Below, piece by piece: positions 42,287 through 42,287 of a stretch of DNA of 42,287 nt. The stretch spans positions 22,683 to 64,969 of the forward strand of contig JAKJEP010000001.1 of NCBI GenBank assembly GCA_022705365.1. The letters are read 5' to 3'. Made by a program: the position numbers and the translations under genes. Every line of letters starts with the position of its first letter. Positions within the stretch are counted from its first letter, which is position 1. The notes beneath the pieces are model-generated. The model did no database searches. It saw nothing but the letters and a program-made list of their open reading frames with translations, and was not told where the DNA came from. The stretch comes from Planctomycetota bacterium (lineage in GTDB: Bacteria; Planctomycetota; Phycisphaerae; Sedimentisphaerales; SM23-30).

Positions 42287-42287
42287 C

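Noticed and set aside
1-42287. Search by eye for CRISPR repeats, tRNA/rRNA, IS elements or integrases, toxin-antitoxin or classical defence genes
   Set aside because: I saw no regularly spaced short repeats and no tRNA T-arm-like GGTTCGAATCC context outside coding sequence. I saw no transposase or recombinase motifs. I also recognised no nuclease/ATPase/methylase gene sets. No intergenic spacer exceeds 237 bp.

Overview
This is a 42.3-kb bacterial chromosomal segment. I found no rRNA, tRNA, CRISPR array, transposase/integrase or phage genes. All family assignments come from motif recognition by eye, not from database searches.

Layout:
- 1-1901, + strand, GC-rich: hisC (3' part), hisB and a HAD hydrolase, tightly packed.
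- 1898-6418, - strand, visibly lower GC: a two-gene operon. A zinc-ribbon/TPR membrane protein is followed 6 nt later by a membrane-anchored M48 (HExxH) metallopeptidase.
- 6656-42287: an almost unbroken minus-strand array of exported carbohydrate-related proteins. In coordinate order these are an FGE-domain protein, a ThuA-like protein, a Tat-exported Gfo/Idh/MocA oxidoreductase, a membrane-anchored family-5 solute-binding protein and a secreted alpha-helical protein of unknown function. Next come a clan GH-A (GH5-like) enzyme with an inserted CBM-like module, a GH95-like protein and a GH31 enzyme. The array also holds three GH36-like paralogs, a cytoplasmic URO-D-family protein, an 813-aa protein built of two tandem beta-helix units, an Asp-box/CBM-like protein and a ~935-aa protein of unassignable family. 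Towards the right edge lie a GH2 enzyme split by a +1 frameshift and two further proteins.
- The only + strand gene in this part is a XylR-type regulator (sugar-binding domain + AraC HTH) at 33855-35027.

Strong GGAG-type Shine-Dalgarno sites, twin-arginine signals and the gene content suggest a non-Bacteroidota, PVC-superphylum-like organism. That taxonomic call is inference only. No SusC/D, TonB receptor or ABC permease/ATPase is present.

Most noteworthy:
- the 23.4-33.7 kb block of mostly unassignable exported proteins beside the regulator;
- the internally duplicated beta-helix protein;
- the URO-D-family gene embedded among glycosidases;
- the frameshifted GH2;
- the low-GC M48/TPR pair.
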